Shown: piece after piece, positions 16,128 to 24,549 of the stretch
Layout: every line of letters starts with the position of its first letter
Position numbering within the stretch: the first letter of the stretch is position 1
Assembly: GCA_036170335.1 (NCBI GenBank)
Contig: JAVHOZ010000058.1
Coordinates: 1 to 39,452 of the forward strand
Direction of reading: 5' to 3'
DNA length: 39,452 nt
Source of the DNA: Candidatus Magasanikiibacteriota bacterium
GTDB taxonomy: Bacteria; Patescibacteriota; Patescibacteriia; Magasanikbacterales; GWA2-37-8
Made by a program: the position numbers and the translations under genes
The notes under the pieces: model-generated
Seen by the model: only the letters and a program-made list of their open reading frames with translations
Told to the model about the DNA's origin: nothing
The model's database searches: none

Positions 16128-17417
16128 TTATTTAAATAAATTAACTATTTGGTCTTTTTTAACATTACCAATTACCGCCACATGCACCTGCGACCAATCA
16201 AAAATCTTTTTTGCCAATCGTTGTACGTCTTTGACAGTTACGGTTTTTATTTTTTGCAACACTTGTTCGTAAGTCAAAATTTTGTCCATCATCCAAAACT
16301 GTTTGGCAAACCATTCGGCTTGCGCGCTACAATCTTCCATATGTAAAGTTGTACGACCGGAAATATTGGACTTGGCATCTTTGAGTTCTTTTTCTGTCAC
16401 TGCAGTATCACAAATTTTTTGTAATTCTTCCTTGATAACTTTCACCGCTTCAGCCAATCTTGATGGATCAAGTCCGGCCTGAATGTATGAAGTGCCAACA
16501 TCGCGAAAATTACTAGAACCGGTACGCACCATATAAGCCAAACCACGTTTCTCACGCACCTCCACGAATAATCTGGAACTCATACCGCCTCCCAAAATAT
16601 TTAACAACACCGACATCGCATAGCGATCAGGGTGATTGAGATGCAAACCGGGAAAACCCATTATCACATGCGATTGATCAAGTGGTTTTTCTTTGACCAT
16701 TACCCGCTGCGCCAAAGTTTTTTTCTGGGTTGGCCAAACAAATTTCTCAAAATTATTTTTCCGAATGGTCGCCTTGGATTTATTTTTGGCTGAATCGGCA
16801 CTCAGAAAATGTTGCAAATGTTGTTTTAATTTTTTATCAACATTGCCGGCAACTACCAACACCATATTATCGGTTTTATAAGCGGCTTGATAGTAGTTGA
16901 ATAATTCCTCGCGCGTAATTCCGCGGACAGTTTCGGCACTTCCACCTTCATCCCAACCAAGCGGACAATCACCAAATAACACATTGTCATACAATAGACC
17001 AATTCCCATAGTTGGATTGTCTTCATACATTCGTAACTCTTCCACAATCACCCCTTTTTCTTTTTCAATTTCAGCCGCCTCCATTTTAGAATTAAAAATC
17101 ATATCCGCAATCAGATCAAAGGCAATCGCCTGTTTGGCACTATCTATCTTTACATAATAACCGGTATAATCTTTGCTGGTAAAAGCATTGTAATCCGCTC
17201 CGGAAGCATCCAAAATCCGAGAAATCACCTGAGCATTTGGGCGTTTCTGCGTGCCTTTAAACATCATATGTTCCACAAAATGCGATACACCGGAAATCTT
17301 TTTGTGTTCATAACGCGATCCAACCGGCACGAGCACCAACACCGTCGTCGCCTTGATACCTTTGAGTGGCACGGTGATCAGCGTCATTTTATTTTTTAAT
17401 TTGGAAATTTTATACAT
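16128..17417 (-). CDS. M16 (pitrilysin/insulinase) family zinc peptidase
   Basis: Inverted zinc motif HFVEHMMFKGT (HxxEH); 429 aa with the two-domain M16 length. Confidence 0.85.
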   Translation of the reverse strand: MYKISKLKNKMTLITVPLKGIKATTVLVLVPVGSRYEHKKISGVSHFVEHMMFKGTQKRPNAQVISRILDASGADYNAFTSKDYTGYYVKIDSAKQAIAFDLIADMIFNSKMEAAEIEKEKGVIVEELRMYEDNPTMGIGLLYDNVLFGDCPLGWDEGGSAETVRGITREELFNYYQAAYKTDNMVLVVAGNVDKKLKQHLQHFLSADSAKNKSKATIRKNNFEKFVWPTQKKTLAQRVMVKEKPLDQSHVIMGFPGLHLNHPDRYAMSVLLNILGGGMSSRLFVEVREKRGLAYMVRTGSSNFRDVGTSYIQAGLDPSRLAEAVKVIKEELQKICDTAVTEKELKDAKSNISGRTTLHMEDCSAQAEWFAKQFWMMDKILTYEQVLQKIKTVTVKDVQRLAKKIFDWSQVHVAVIGNVKKDQIVNLFK

Positions 17418-17443
17418 AAATTAATATTTGGATCTTTTCTTAA

Positions 17444-18811
17444 TTAAAATTTACTAGTCAGATAATTTTTTAATTCCGTAATATCAATTCTTTCTTGAAC
17501 CATCGTATCACGATCACGCACGGTAACTTTTTTATCAACCAACGAATCAAAATCTACGGTCACACAATATGGCGTACCGATTTCATCTTGACGACGATAA
17601 CGTTTGCCAATACTTTGAGTTTCATCATAATCCACACTAAAGTTTTTACGCAGATCAGTGGCTAAATCTCGGGCTACACTCGACAATTCTTCTTTTTTGG
17701 ATAACGGTAAAATAGCTACTTGAATAGGCGCAAGATGTTTTGGAAATTTCATCACGATTCTTGCCTCAGTTTCGCCATCCTTCGCGGTCGGCGCTTCTTC
17801 TTCGGTGTAAGCTTCGAGCAACGACACTAACAACATGCGATCAATCCCAAAAGTTGGTTCAATTACATGTGGTAGAAACTTTTCGTTAGTTTCCGGATCG
17901 GTATAATGCAAATCCTGACCACTCACTTTTTCATGACGAAACAAATCAAAATCAGTACGATAAGCGATGCCGTGCAATTCTTTTACCCCAAATGGATATT
18001 TGTATTCAATATCAACAGTGCGTTTACTGTAATGCGCGCGTTCACCGTCCTCAATCTCATGCCAAACCAAATTGTCCATATCTATTTGCATGATATCTTT
18101 CCACCAGCGTTTTATTTCACCAAGCCACATCTCAAAAACTTTCTCCCAATCTTTGGGATTGATAAAATATTCAAATTCACCGATCTCAAATTCACGGGTA
18201 CGAAAAATAAAATTTCCTGGAGTAATTTCATTGCGGAAACATTTTCCGATTTGAGCAATACCAAATGGTAAACGACGACGAGTCGCATTCAAAATATTTT
18301 TAAAGTTTACGAACATACCCCCAGCAGTTTCTGGACGCAAATATGCGGTGGTCGCTGTATCTTCATTAGTACCCAAAAAAGTTTTAAACATTAAATTAAA
18401 ACTTTTTGGATCGGTCAACTCACCGTCACACTCCGGACAACGCACTTCACTAATAGTTTTTGGTTGACCTTTGTCATATTCCGGTTTCAAACTCGCTGCT
18501 TCGAGTAAATGATCAGTACGAAAACGATGATGACATTTTTTACATTCAACTAATTCATCACTAAAATTTTGTAGATGCCCGGACGCCTCCCAAACTTTTG
18601 GGTTCATAATTATGGCGCTATCGATTGGCACCATATCCGCGCGTTCTTGCACAAAAAATTTCCACCAAGCTTTTTTAATATTTTGCTTGAGCAAATGTCC
18701 CAAAGGTCCGTAATCCCAACTATTGGCCAAACCACCGTAGATCTCACTTCCCGGAAAAATAATTCCTCTCCGCTTGCACAACGAAACCACCTTTTCTAAA
18801 TCTTTAGGCAT
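17444..18811 (-). CDS. glyQS: glycine--tRNA ligase (dimeric class II form)
   Basis: The N-terminus LCKRRGIIFPGSEIYGGLANSWDYGPLG, plus FRNEITPGNFIFRTREFE and a C-terminal anticodon-binding domain, are typical GlyQS. Confidence 0.92.
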   Translation of the reverse strand: MPKDLEKVVSLCKRRGIIFPGSEIYGGLANSWDYGPLGHLLKQNIKKAWWKFFVQERADMVPIDSAIIMNPKVWEASGHLQNFSDELVECKKCHHRFRTDHLLEAASLKPEYDKGQPKTISEVRCPECDGELTDPKSFNLMFKTFLGTNEDTATTAYLRPETAGGMFVNFKNILNATRRRLPFGIAQIGKCFRNEITPGNFIFRTREFEIGEFEYFINPKDWEKVFEMWLGEIKRWWKDIMQIDMDNLVWHEIEDGERAHYSKRTVDIEYKYPFGVKELHGIAYRTDFDLFRHEKVSGQDLHYTDPETNEKFLPHVIEPTFGIDRMLLVSLLEAYTEEEAPTAKDGETEARIVMKFPKHLAPIQVAILPLSKKEELSSVARDLATDLRKNFSVDYDETQSIGKRYRRQDEIGTPYCVTVDFDSLVDKKVTVRDRDTMVQERIDITELKNYLTSKF

Positions 18812-18813
18812 AC

Positions 18814-19362
18814 TTAAATAATATTAATTTCAGTTTCTTTATTTTCTCCAATACTTTTAATTTTGTCGTTATATTCCTTCACTTCTTTTTCCAAATCTTC
18901 GAATAATTTAAACTTTTCATCTTCACTGATTGATTTGGCTTCCTCTTCACCTTCGACTAGTTCGCGTACTTCTTGACGCACTTTACGCAACGACACTCGT
19001 GCTCCTTCCAATTTTTCGTGCAACACTTTGGTCAATTCACGACGACGTTCGGTAGTCAGATCCGGTAAAATCACTCGGATCAAACGACCATCATTTACCG
19101 GATTAACCCCAATGCCGGAATCACGAATCCCTTTTTCAATCGCTCCTAAAACTGCTTTATCCCACGGTTCAATATTTACTGTTTTAGCATCGGCTATCGA
19201 TATCGAGGCTAGCGCTTTGAGCGCCTGATAAGTACCATAAGCTGCAATAGAGATATCCTCAACCATCGCCACCGACGCTCGTCCGGTACGCAAACCAACA
19301 ATATCTTTTTTCAGAAACTCCAACACCTTTTCAAAATCCTCTTTAAAATCACTAATTTGCAT
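18814..19362 (-). CDS. frr: ribosome recycling factor
   Basis: 182 aa, with LRTGRASVAMVEDI, VNPVNDGRLIRVILPDLTEERR and RKVRQE. Confidence 0.92.
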   Translation of the reverse strand: MQISDFKEDFEKVLEFLKKDIVGLRTGRASVAMVEDISIAAYGTYQALKALASISIADAKTVNIEPWDKAVLGAIEKGIRDSGIGVNPVNDGRLIRVILPDLTTERRRELTKVLHEKLEGARVSLRKVRQEVRELVEGEEEAKSISEDEKFKLFEDLEKEVKEYNDKIKSIGENKETEINII

Positions 19363-19374
19363 ATAGAAAATTTA

Positions 19375-20460
19375 TTAATCTAAAATAGAAAAGCCCATCG
19401 ACACTATATTATCTTTGACCGAATTTATCAAAATATTCACCGGAATAGTGTTGGTCGGAAGTTTTTTAGTTACCCAATTTTTACCACCGTCGGTAGTTTT
19501 GTAAAATGTGGAACGCACATGCACATTACTATCTCCCAAAATAGTGCCAGTATAATACATTTCATTCTGATTTTTGGCGTTGATCTCAAAAGCATAAATA
19601 TTAACACTGCCTGGTGGTGTAATTAATTTCAAATCTGTCCAAGTAGTGCCGGCATCATCTGATCGTAGAATACCGTATTTTGAAACCCAAAATAAACTAT
19701 CTTTTTTACCCGGATTCAAAGTCAATCGATAAAATTTATTAGCATCGGCAAAAGCGTCCAAACCAGCTGACATATTTTTCCAAGTCAAACCGGAATCATC
19801 GGAACGATAGATGCCATTGGTATAGCCGGCAGCATAAACTCTTCCCGGATTGAATTGATCGGCTGTTAAATATTGCAATTGAAAATCAAAACGTTGAGTC
19901 ACACGCCAACTGGCACCCAAATTATTACTTACTAAAATATCTCCGCCTAGCTCAGCCGCATAAATAGTGTTGCTAGCCCCAAAATCGACAGACAAGGCAA
20001 CCACTCTTTGATCAGGGCGTTCTTCAGAATATACATTTGTCCAAGTACGCAAACAATCATCGGTTTTGAAAATATGTTGCCCATCACTAACAAAAACATT
20101 ACATTTATTTTTTGGATTCACCGCTAAGCCATAAATAAATTTACCGGCCATCGCTGGCGCAACTTGCCAACTCACACCATTATCATAACTATAGTACAAA
20201 CCTTGACCACGAGTGGCCAGATAAATAGCATTGGGGTCGCTTGGATCGGTATGTAGACGATATGTTTTGATACCAGCAATACTTTTTACACCAGTCACCG
20301 TTGGTAAAGCTACAATTTGTTTCCAGGTTTCCCCTTTGTCACTAGACTGATACATACCCATCGGGCCTTGATCGGAAGACGCCCCAAATTGCAAACAACC
20401 GGCGCCAGTGGTTAATAAACCAACTATTAGTGTCAACAATAACAATGGTATTTTTTTCAT
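19375..20460 (-). CDS. BNR/Asp-box repeat beta-propeller lipoprotein (Ycf48/sialidase-like fold)
   Basis: Lipoprotein-like signal (LLTTGAGC). Five S.D.G.(T/S)W Asp-boxes: SSDKGETW, SYDNGVSW, SDDSGLTW, SDDAGTTW and TTDGGKNW. Confidence 0.75.
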   Translation of the reverse strand: MKKIPLLLLTLIVGLLTTGAGCLQFGASSDQGPMGMYQSSDKGETWKQIVALPTVTGVKSIAGIKTYRLHTDPSDPNAIYLATRGQGLYYSYDNGVSWQVAPAMAGKFIYGLAVNPKNKCNVFVSDGQHIFKTDDCLRTWTNVYSEERPDQRVVALSVDFGASNTIYAAELGGDILVSNNLGASWRVTQRFDFQLQYLTADQFNPGRVYAAGYTNGIYRSDDSGLTWKNMSAGLDAFADANKFYRLTLNPGKKDSLFWVSKYGILRSDDAGTTWTDLKLITPPGSVNIYAFEINAKNQNEMYYTGTILGDSNVHVRSTFYKTTDGGKNWVTKKLPTNTIPVNILINSVKDNIVSMGFSILD

Positions 20461-20499
20461 AAACTATATTAAGTTAAATTGAAATTTTATAAATATTTT

Positions 20500-21396
20500 T
20501 TAAAATGTTGTCAAAAATTGTTCAATCGCCAAACGCGGATTGACATTGGCCGATAATAAGTTTTTTATATTTTTCAGATCATCAATAATAATACGATATC
20601 GGTCGTCAACTGTTTTTTCAGCCAACATTTTTTCTCGCCACAACATTATCCAAAAATCCAGAATCGGATCCAATTTTTCTTTGGTTTTTACCAAACCGCC
20701 TTTTTCACTCAAAACATCTTCCATTGCCTGCCAACGCTCATGTATCGGAGCGGTGATAATTTTTTGCCAACGAGTTTTTTCTTTTAGACAACCGGCAAAT
20801 AAATCAAAATCTTGACATAACTCTATTGCTCTACCCGGTCGCCCCCAGGATAATTCGACAATTGCTTTGGTGTCAGCAATATCGCTGACCGAAGTGATTA
20901 TTTTTTCAATCTCTATGTCTGATACTGGCGTAAATTGAAACACCTGACAACGCGAACGAATAGTCGGTAACAACAGCGCGTCATTTTCCGTTAATAAAAA
21001 AATAATACTTTTGGCTGGCGGTTCTTCGATAATTTTTAAAAGGGCATTGCCGGATTCTTCATTGAGCAGTTCCGCCTCGTCAATAATAGCAATTTTATAA
21101 CCATTCAACCAAGAACGATTATAAAATTTTTCTCGCAATTCACGTGACTGTTCCACAGAAATTTCTTTTTTCTTTTTTTCGGTTTTTTCATCCACCAGAC
21201 GCTCTACATAATAATAGTCCGGATTGAACTTTAATTTGGCTATTTCAACATTTAAAATCCGACTAGCCAAAATATTAGCAAAGGTGCGTTTGCCAACTTG
21301 TGACGCACCGACAAAACAATAAGCTTGACCAAGCTTGTTATTTTGCACGGCTAAATCAAAAAAAGAGGTTATGTGCGGTTGACCTATAAACTGCAT
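20500..21396 (-). CDS. holB: DNA polymerase III subunit delta'
   Basis: AAA+ clamp-loader motifs: YCFVGASQVGKRTFA (P-loop-like), IIDEAELL, and SRCQVFQF (the SRC motif). Confidence 0.85.
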   Translation of the reverse strand: MQFIGQPHITSFFDLAVQNNKLGQAYCFVGASQVGKRTFANILASRILNVEIAKLKFNPDYYYVERLVDEKTEKKKKEISVEQSRELREKFYNRSWLNGYKIAIIDEAELLNEESGNALLKIIEEPPAKSIIFLLTENDALLLPTIRSRCQVFQFTPVSDIEIEKIITSVSDIADTKAIVELSWGRPGRAIELCQDFDLFAGCLKEKTRWQKIITAPIHERWQAMEDVLSEKGGLVKTKEKLDPILDFWIMLWREKMLAEKTVDDRYRIIIDDLKNIKNLLSANVNPRLAIEQFLTTF

Positions 21397-21439
21397 AAAG
21401 TTAATAATAGTGTAACAAAAGATTATATTTTTGGCAACC

Positions 21440-21476
21440 TGCTAAAATACAAAACCCACGTTTATTCGAGGGTTTT
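21440..21476 (-). terminator. probable rho-independent terminator after the 768-aa gene
   Basis: AAAACCC(21451-57)/GGGTTTT(21470-76) stem with an extended CCCACG/CGAGGG pairing. The minus strand continues TTTTGTATTTT. Confidence 0.45.
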
Positions 21477-21523
21477 GCTAAATTTAATATTTTTTACTAT
21501 TTTGAATAATCTAAGGCCACAAT

Positions 21524-23830
21524 TCAAGACTGAACACCTTTTTGTGCTTCTGATATGTCATTAATTAATGATTGAAATACTCCATTTATTTTTGGGGATG
21601 CATTTATAAAGTTAAAAGCATCTTTAGCTTGTTTTAACAATACTCGACCAGCCTTACCTGGATTTTTGCTTGCTTTATACAACAAATCAGTTAATTCAAT
21701 TTCCTTTTGTGTCATATTAGGAGTGTCAGCACTAAATTTTTCTATCTTCTGTGAAATTTCATCTAGTGACGGCGTCCCTTCTTTCGGGGTTGCCGGTTTT
21801 TCTCTATTTTTTGCAATCTGAAGTTCGTCTATAAAAGATTGGAAAACTTTACGTTTTGAATTGCTAGTATAATTTAGCAATAAAAACTTAGTTTTAGCAT
21901 CTTCCAACAAACTAATCCCTTTTGCTCCTTTAGTTCGACTTGCTTCGTATAATTTTTGAGTCAAACTAGCTTCTTTTTCATTAAAATCTCCATTATGTTC
22001 ACCATTGTATTGCTCAATCTGCTCAGATAGCTCTCCGGATGTATATTCTTTTTTGGGTGCAGTTTCTGCCGAAGCAACCAAGGGGGCAACAACAGCTTCT
22101 GCAACTGGCACAACAGCTTCACCTCCACCAACATTAACAGATGCAATTTCTACACCCTCTTTACCTTTTGCTCCTGGTTTTTTTAATTTGTATTTGCCTG
22201 GCACTAGAGCGATTGTATCTGACTCTGGTTCACTCGCCCCACCATCAAGCAGTGACGCTGCTGGCATTTCAGAAGTATTGATAGCCTCTGTAAATCCATT
22301 TGGCGCATCCGATATTCCTTCTGACATACCAGACATACCACCTCTTCCAAAATCAGATATTACACCACTTTTGTTTAATTTAATGGTACTACCAGCTTGC
22401 GGTTGATCTTCATTCACCCTACCACCAACCTCACCAACTGAAGAAGCAAAAGTTAGTCCAGCCATTGCCGCCATTATTACTCTTGCATACTTATTAAATC
22501 GACTAGATCCTGGACTTAAATTACCAGACTTTACATTTTTATTTAAATCTCTCGCTTCATCAGCAACTGCTTTTAATGTTTCTATATCAGAATTCGCGCC
22601 AGCTTGTTGTAATAAATCAGCTGCGCTTGCTTCTAAATTTTCTGCCATTCCAGCCAATTCTTTTTCTAAATCTCTTATTTGCTCCGCTATTTTTTTTCTT
22701 TCCTTACCACCAAACCACAAAGAAGTTTTTGTAGACCGATTCTTTAATAGTTCAATTTTCCCTTCTATCTCACTAATTTTTAGTAAATTTTCTGGAATTT
22801 CAGGAGGTACATCTATTTCTGCCCCAACATCATTAACATTGGCTTGTTCTTGAACATTCATTTTTGAGACTATCTCATCATATTTTGTGCGAGCTGTTTT
22901 TAGCATGAAAATAAATTGTACTAGTGCCTTTTCATCTTTATTGTTAAAAGTACTTCTCTTAGTATCAAATAAATTATGAACAGATTTTAGAAAATTTTGA
23001 TCCTTTAACAATAAACTAGCAAAAACTTCGTCGCTGCCAACATACTTTTTTACCGCATCATTAAAATGAACTACTCTATCTCCATTACCTTTCTCTTCGT
23101 CTTTATCCAATTCTTTTGAGAAAAATGTTCGGATCATGTCTGTGCCATTCTTTGTTTCAAATGACTCAACCGCATCTGTTGGTAATTCGTCAAAATTTTC
23201 GTCACCAATTCCAACCGTCAAATTATCTAGGGCATCAATTTGAACTTCAACCACATGAGATTCACCTTGTAAGTCAGCAATTTTAGCTTCCAATGCCGGT
23301 TGTACACCAACTTGTTGTTCATGTTCGCCTAATCTCCCAATTTCTGTTGTTGCATTGTTGTTTTGTCTTGATAATTCATTTCTCGCTCTTTTAGCATTTG
23401 AGACTTCAGATATTTTTTTGGCAACAACCTTCCATTTTTCAAACAACTCGTCTGATACTTTTTCTCCACGTGCTTCAACTTGTTCAATTTGTGCTTGGAT
23501 CTCGCTTTCTTTTTTATTCAAAAGATCCAATTGATTTTCATTAAAAGCTAATATCCATGCTTTATAAGTATCTGAGTTTTTGTCAAACTTAAGAGCTTTC
23601 ACCTCAGCTTCGCTCTTTCCTTCTTTTTTAGCCTGTTTCCTTTTTTCTCGCAACTCTTGATTGATTTTATCAAACAATTGCTCGGCAGTGAGGTTGTCTG
23701 TACCATTCTCATCAATCTCGGCTCCAACTATATCCTTGTGAGCACCTTGTTCTACTTTGTTGTCTCCAGCGGGATCATATTCTCCTGCAGGTGCGTGCGC
23801 TGGAGCAGAATTAAAATTTTTTCTTGACAT
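21524..23830 (-). CDS. hypothetical 768-aa protein: acidic coiled-coil N-terminal half, one central hydrophobic helix, and a C-terminal tandem duplication
   Basis: Long ORF with no motif I recognise. Hydrophobic segment VIMAAMAGLTFASSV. Two homologous modules of about 86-90 aa at the C-terminus (21527..22054). Confidence 0.7.
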   Translation of the reverse strand: MSRKNFNSAPAHAPAGEYDPAGDNKVEQGAHKDIVGAEIDENGTDNLTAEQLFDKINQELREKRKQAKKEGKSEAEVKALKFDKNSDTYKAWILAFNENQLDLLNKKESEIQAQIEQVEARGEKVSDELFEKWKVVAKKISEVSNAKRARNELSRQNNNATTEIGRLGEHEQQVGVQPALEAKIADLQGESHVVEVQIDALDNLTVGIGDENFDELPTDAVESFETKNGTDMIRTFFSKELDKDEEKGNGDRVVHFNDAVKKYVGSDEVFASLLLKDQNFLKSVHNLFDTKRSTFNNKDEKALVQFIFMLKTARTKYDEIVSKMNVQEQANVNDVGAEIDVPPEIPENLLKISEIEGKIELLKNRSTKTSLWFGGKERKKIAEQIRDLEKELAGMAENLEASAADLLQQAGANSDIETLKAVADEARDLNKNVKSGNLSPGSSRFNKYARVIMAAMAGLTFASSVGEVGGRVNEDQPQAGSTIKLNKSGVISDFGRGGMSGMSEGISDAPNGFTEAINTSEMPAASLLDGGASEPESDTIALVPGKYKLKKPGAKGKEGVEIASVNVGGGEAVVPVAEAVVAPLVASAETAPKKEYTSGELSEQIEQYNGEHNGDFNEKEASLTQKLYEASRTKGAKGISLLEDAKTKFLLLNYTSNSKRKVFQSFIDELQIAKNREKPATPKEGTPSLDEISQKIEKFSADTPNMTQKEIELTDLLYKASKNPGKAGRVLLKQAKDAFNFINASPKINGVFQSLINDISEAQKGVQS

Positions 23831-23873
23831 ATTATCAAAATTTATTTTTATAATATAATATTAAACCAACTTC

Positions 23874-23902
23874 AATATAGCACATTTTTACATAATCGTC
23901 AA
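23874..23902 (-). promoter_or_regulatory. sigma70-like promoter for the 768-aa gene (TTGACG-17-TATATT, with TGn)
   Basis: Minus-strand TTGACG at 23902-23897 and TATATT at 23879-23874, with a 17-nt spacer ending in TGC. Confidence 0.45.
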
Positions 23903-23922
23903 AAGTTTTGCACATCCCTTTA

Positions 23923-23951
23923 TTGACCAAAGACTAGAAATATGCTATCAT
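23923..23951 (+). promoter_or_regulatory. sigma70-like promoter for the GC-rich orphan ORF (TTGACC-17-TATCAT, with TGn)
   Basis: TTGACC at 23923-28 and TATCAT at 23946-51, with a 17-nt spacer ending in TGC. Confidence 0.45.
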
Positions 23952-23998
23952 ATTCTGTTTTGTCGAGATCGATTCAAACCCGATCCAAGGAGGACAAA

Positions 23999-24463
23999 AT
24001 GACCGCTAACCACGCGCGGCTGATATTCGTTCACCACTTGGTAACGAACTTTTACGACAATGGCCAACATGACTCCGCCAGGAATGTCCTGGAAAAGTAT
24101 GGAGGCAGAGATTTTCTAGAGGAGGTGGATAATCAGGTGGAGGACGAGGTGACCAAAAATATGTTGGCCAACTTGTCCTTTGTCTGGTGGCGCGTATCCG
24201 GAGATACTGACGCTCGTGATCGGGCGCTCACTATCTGGACAGCGATGACCAGCCAAGGTGGCGAACTGGGGTTGCATGCAGCTAACATGCTAGGCTACAT
24301 AGCCCTGGCAAACGCCGCCACACCAAAGACAGAAATCCGCGAACGGATTGTGCAGTTGCACATCATTCGCCAACAACCACACACCGATGTTGAACGCGCC
24401 GACCGCATGGCGGACTTGGCGCAAAAACTCGGCGAACAATTTTGGAGGTGCAAAAAAGAATAG
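23999..24463 (+). CDS. orphan 154-aa helical cytoplasmic protein on a GC-rich island
   Basis: AAGGAGG (23987-93) lies 5 nt before the ATG at 23999. Codons end mostly in G/C, unlike neighbouring genes. No recognisable family. Confidence 0.6.
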   Translation: MTANHARLIFVHHLVTNFYDNGQHDSARNVLEKYGGRDFLEEVDNQVEDEVTKNMLANLSFVWWRVSGDTDARDRALTIWTAMTSQGGELGLHAANMLGYIALANAATPKTEIRERIVQLHIIRQQPHTDVERADRMADLAQKLGEQFWRCKKE

Positions 24464-24496
24464 TGGAGGGCATTAGGCGCTCCATGCACCTCCCCT

Positions 24497-24531
24497 CCCA
24501 ATAAATTCAAGAGAGAGCTGAATTTATTGGG
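24497..24531. repeat. perfect 13-bp inverted repeat (CCCAATAAATTCA ... TGAATTTATTGGG) at the 3' edge of GC-rich island 1
   Basis: Arms at 24497-24509 and 24519-24531 with a 9-nt loop. Read directly from the sequence. Confidence 0.6.
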
Positions 24532-24549
24532 TTAAAAAATCCCCGATTA

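Noticed and set aside
22005-22406. 133-aa plus-strand ORF inside the 768-aa gene
   Set aside because: It is antisense to a much longer ORF. The Ser/Pro/Ala-rich low-complexity translation is typical of a shadow frame.
24295-24510. 71-aa minus-strand ORF in GC-rich island 1
   Set aside because: It is antisense to the RBS-preceded plus-strand ORF. Elevated GC inflates spurious open frames.
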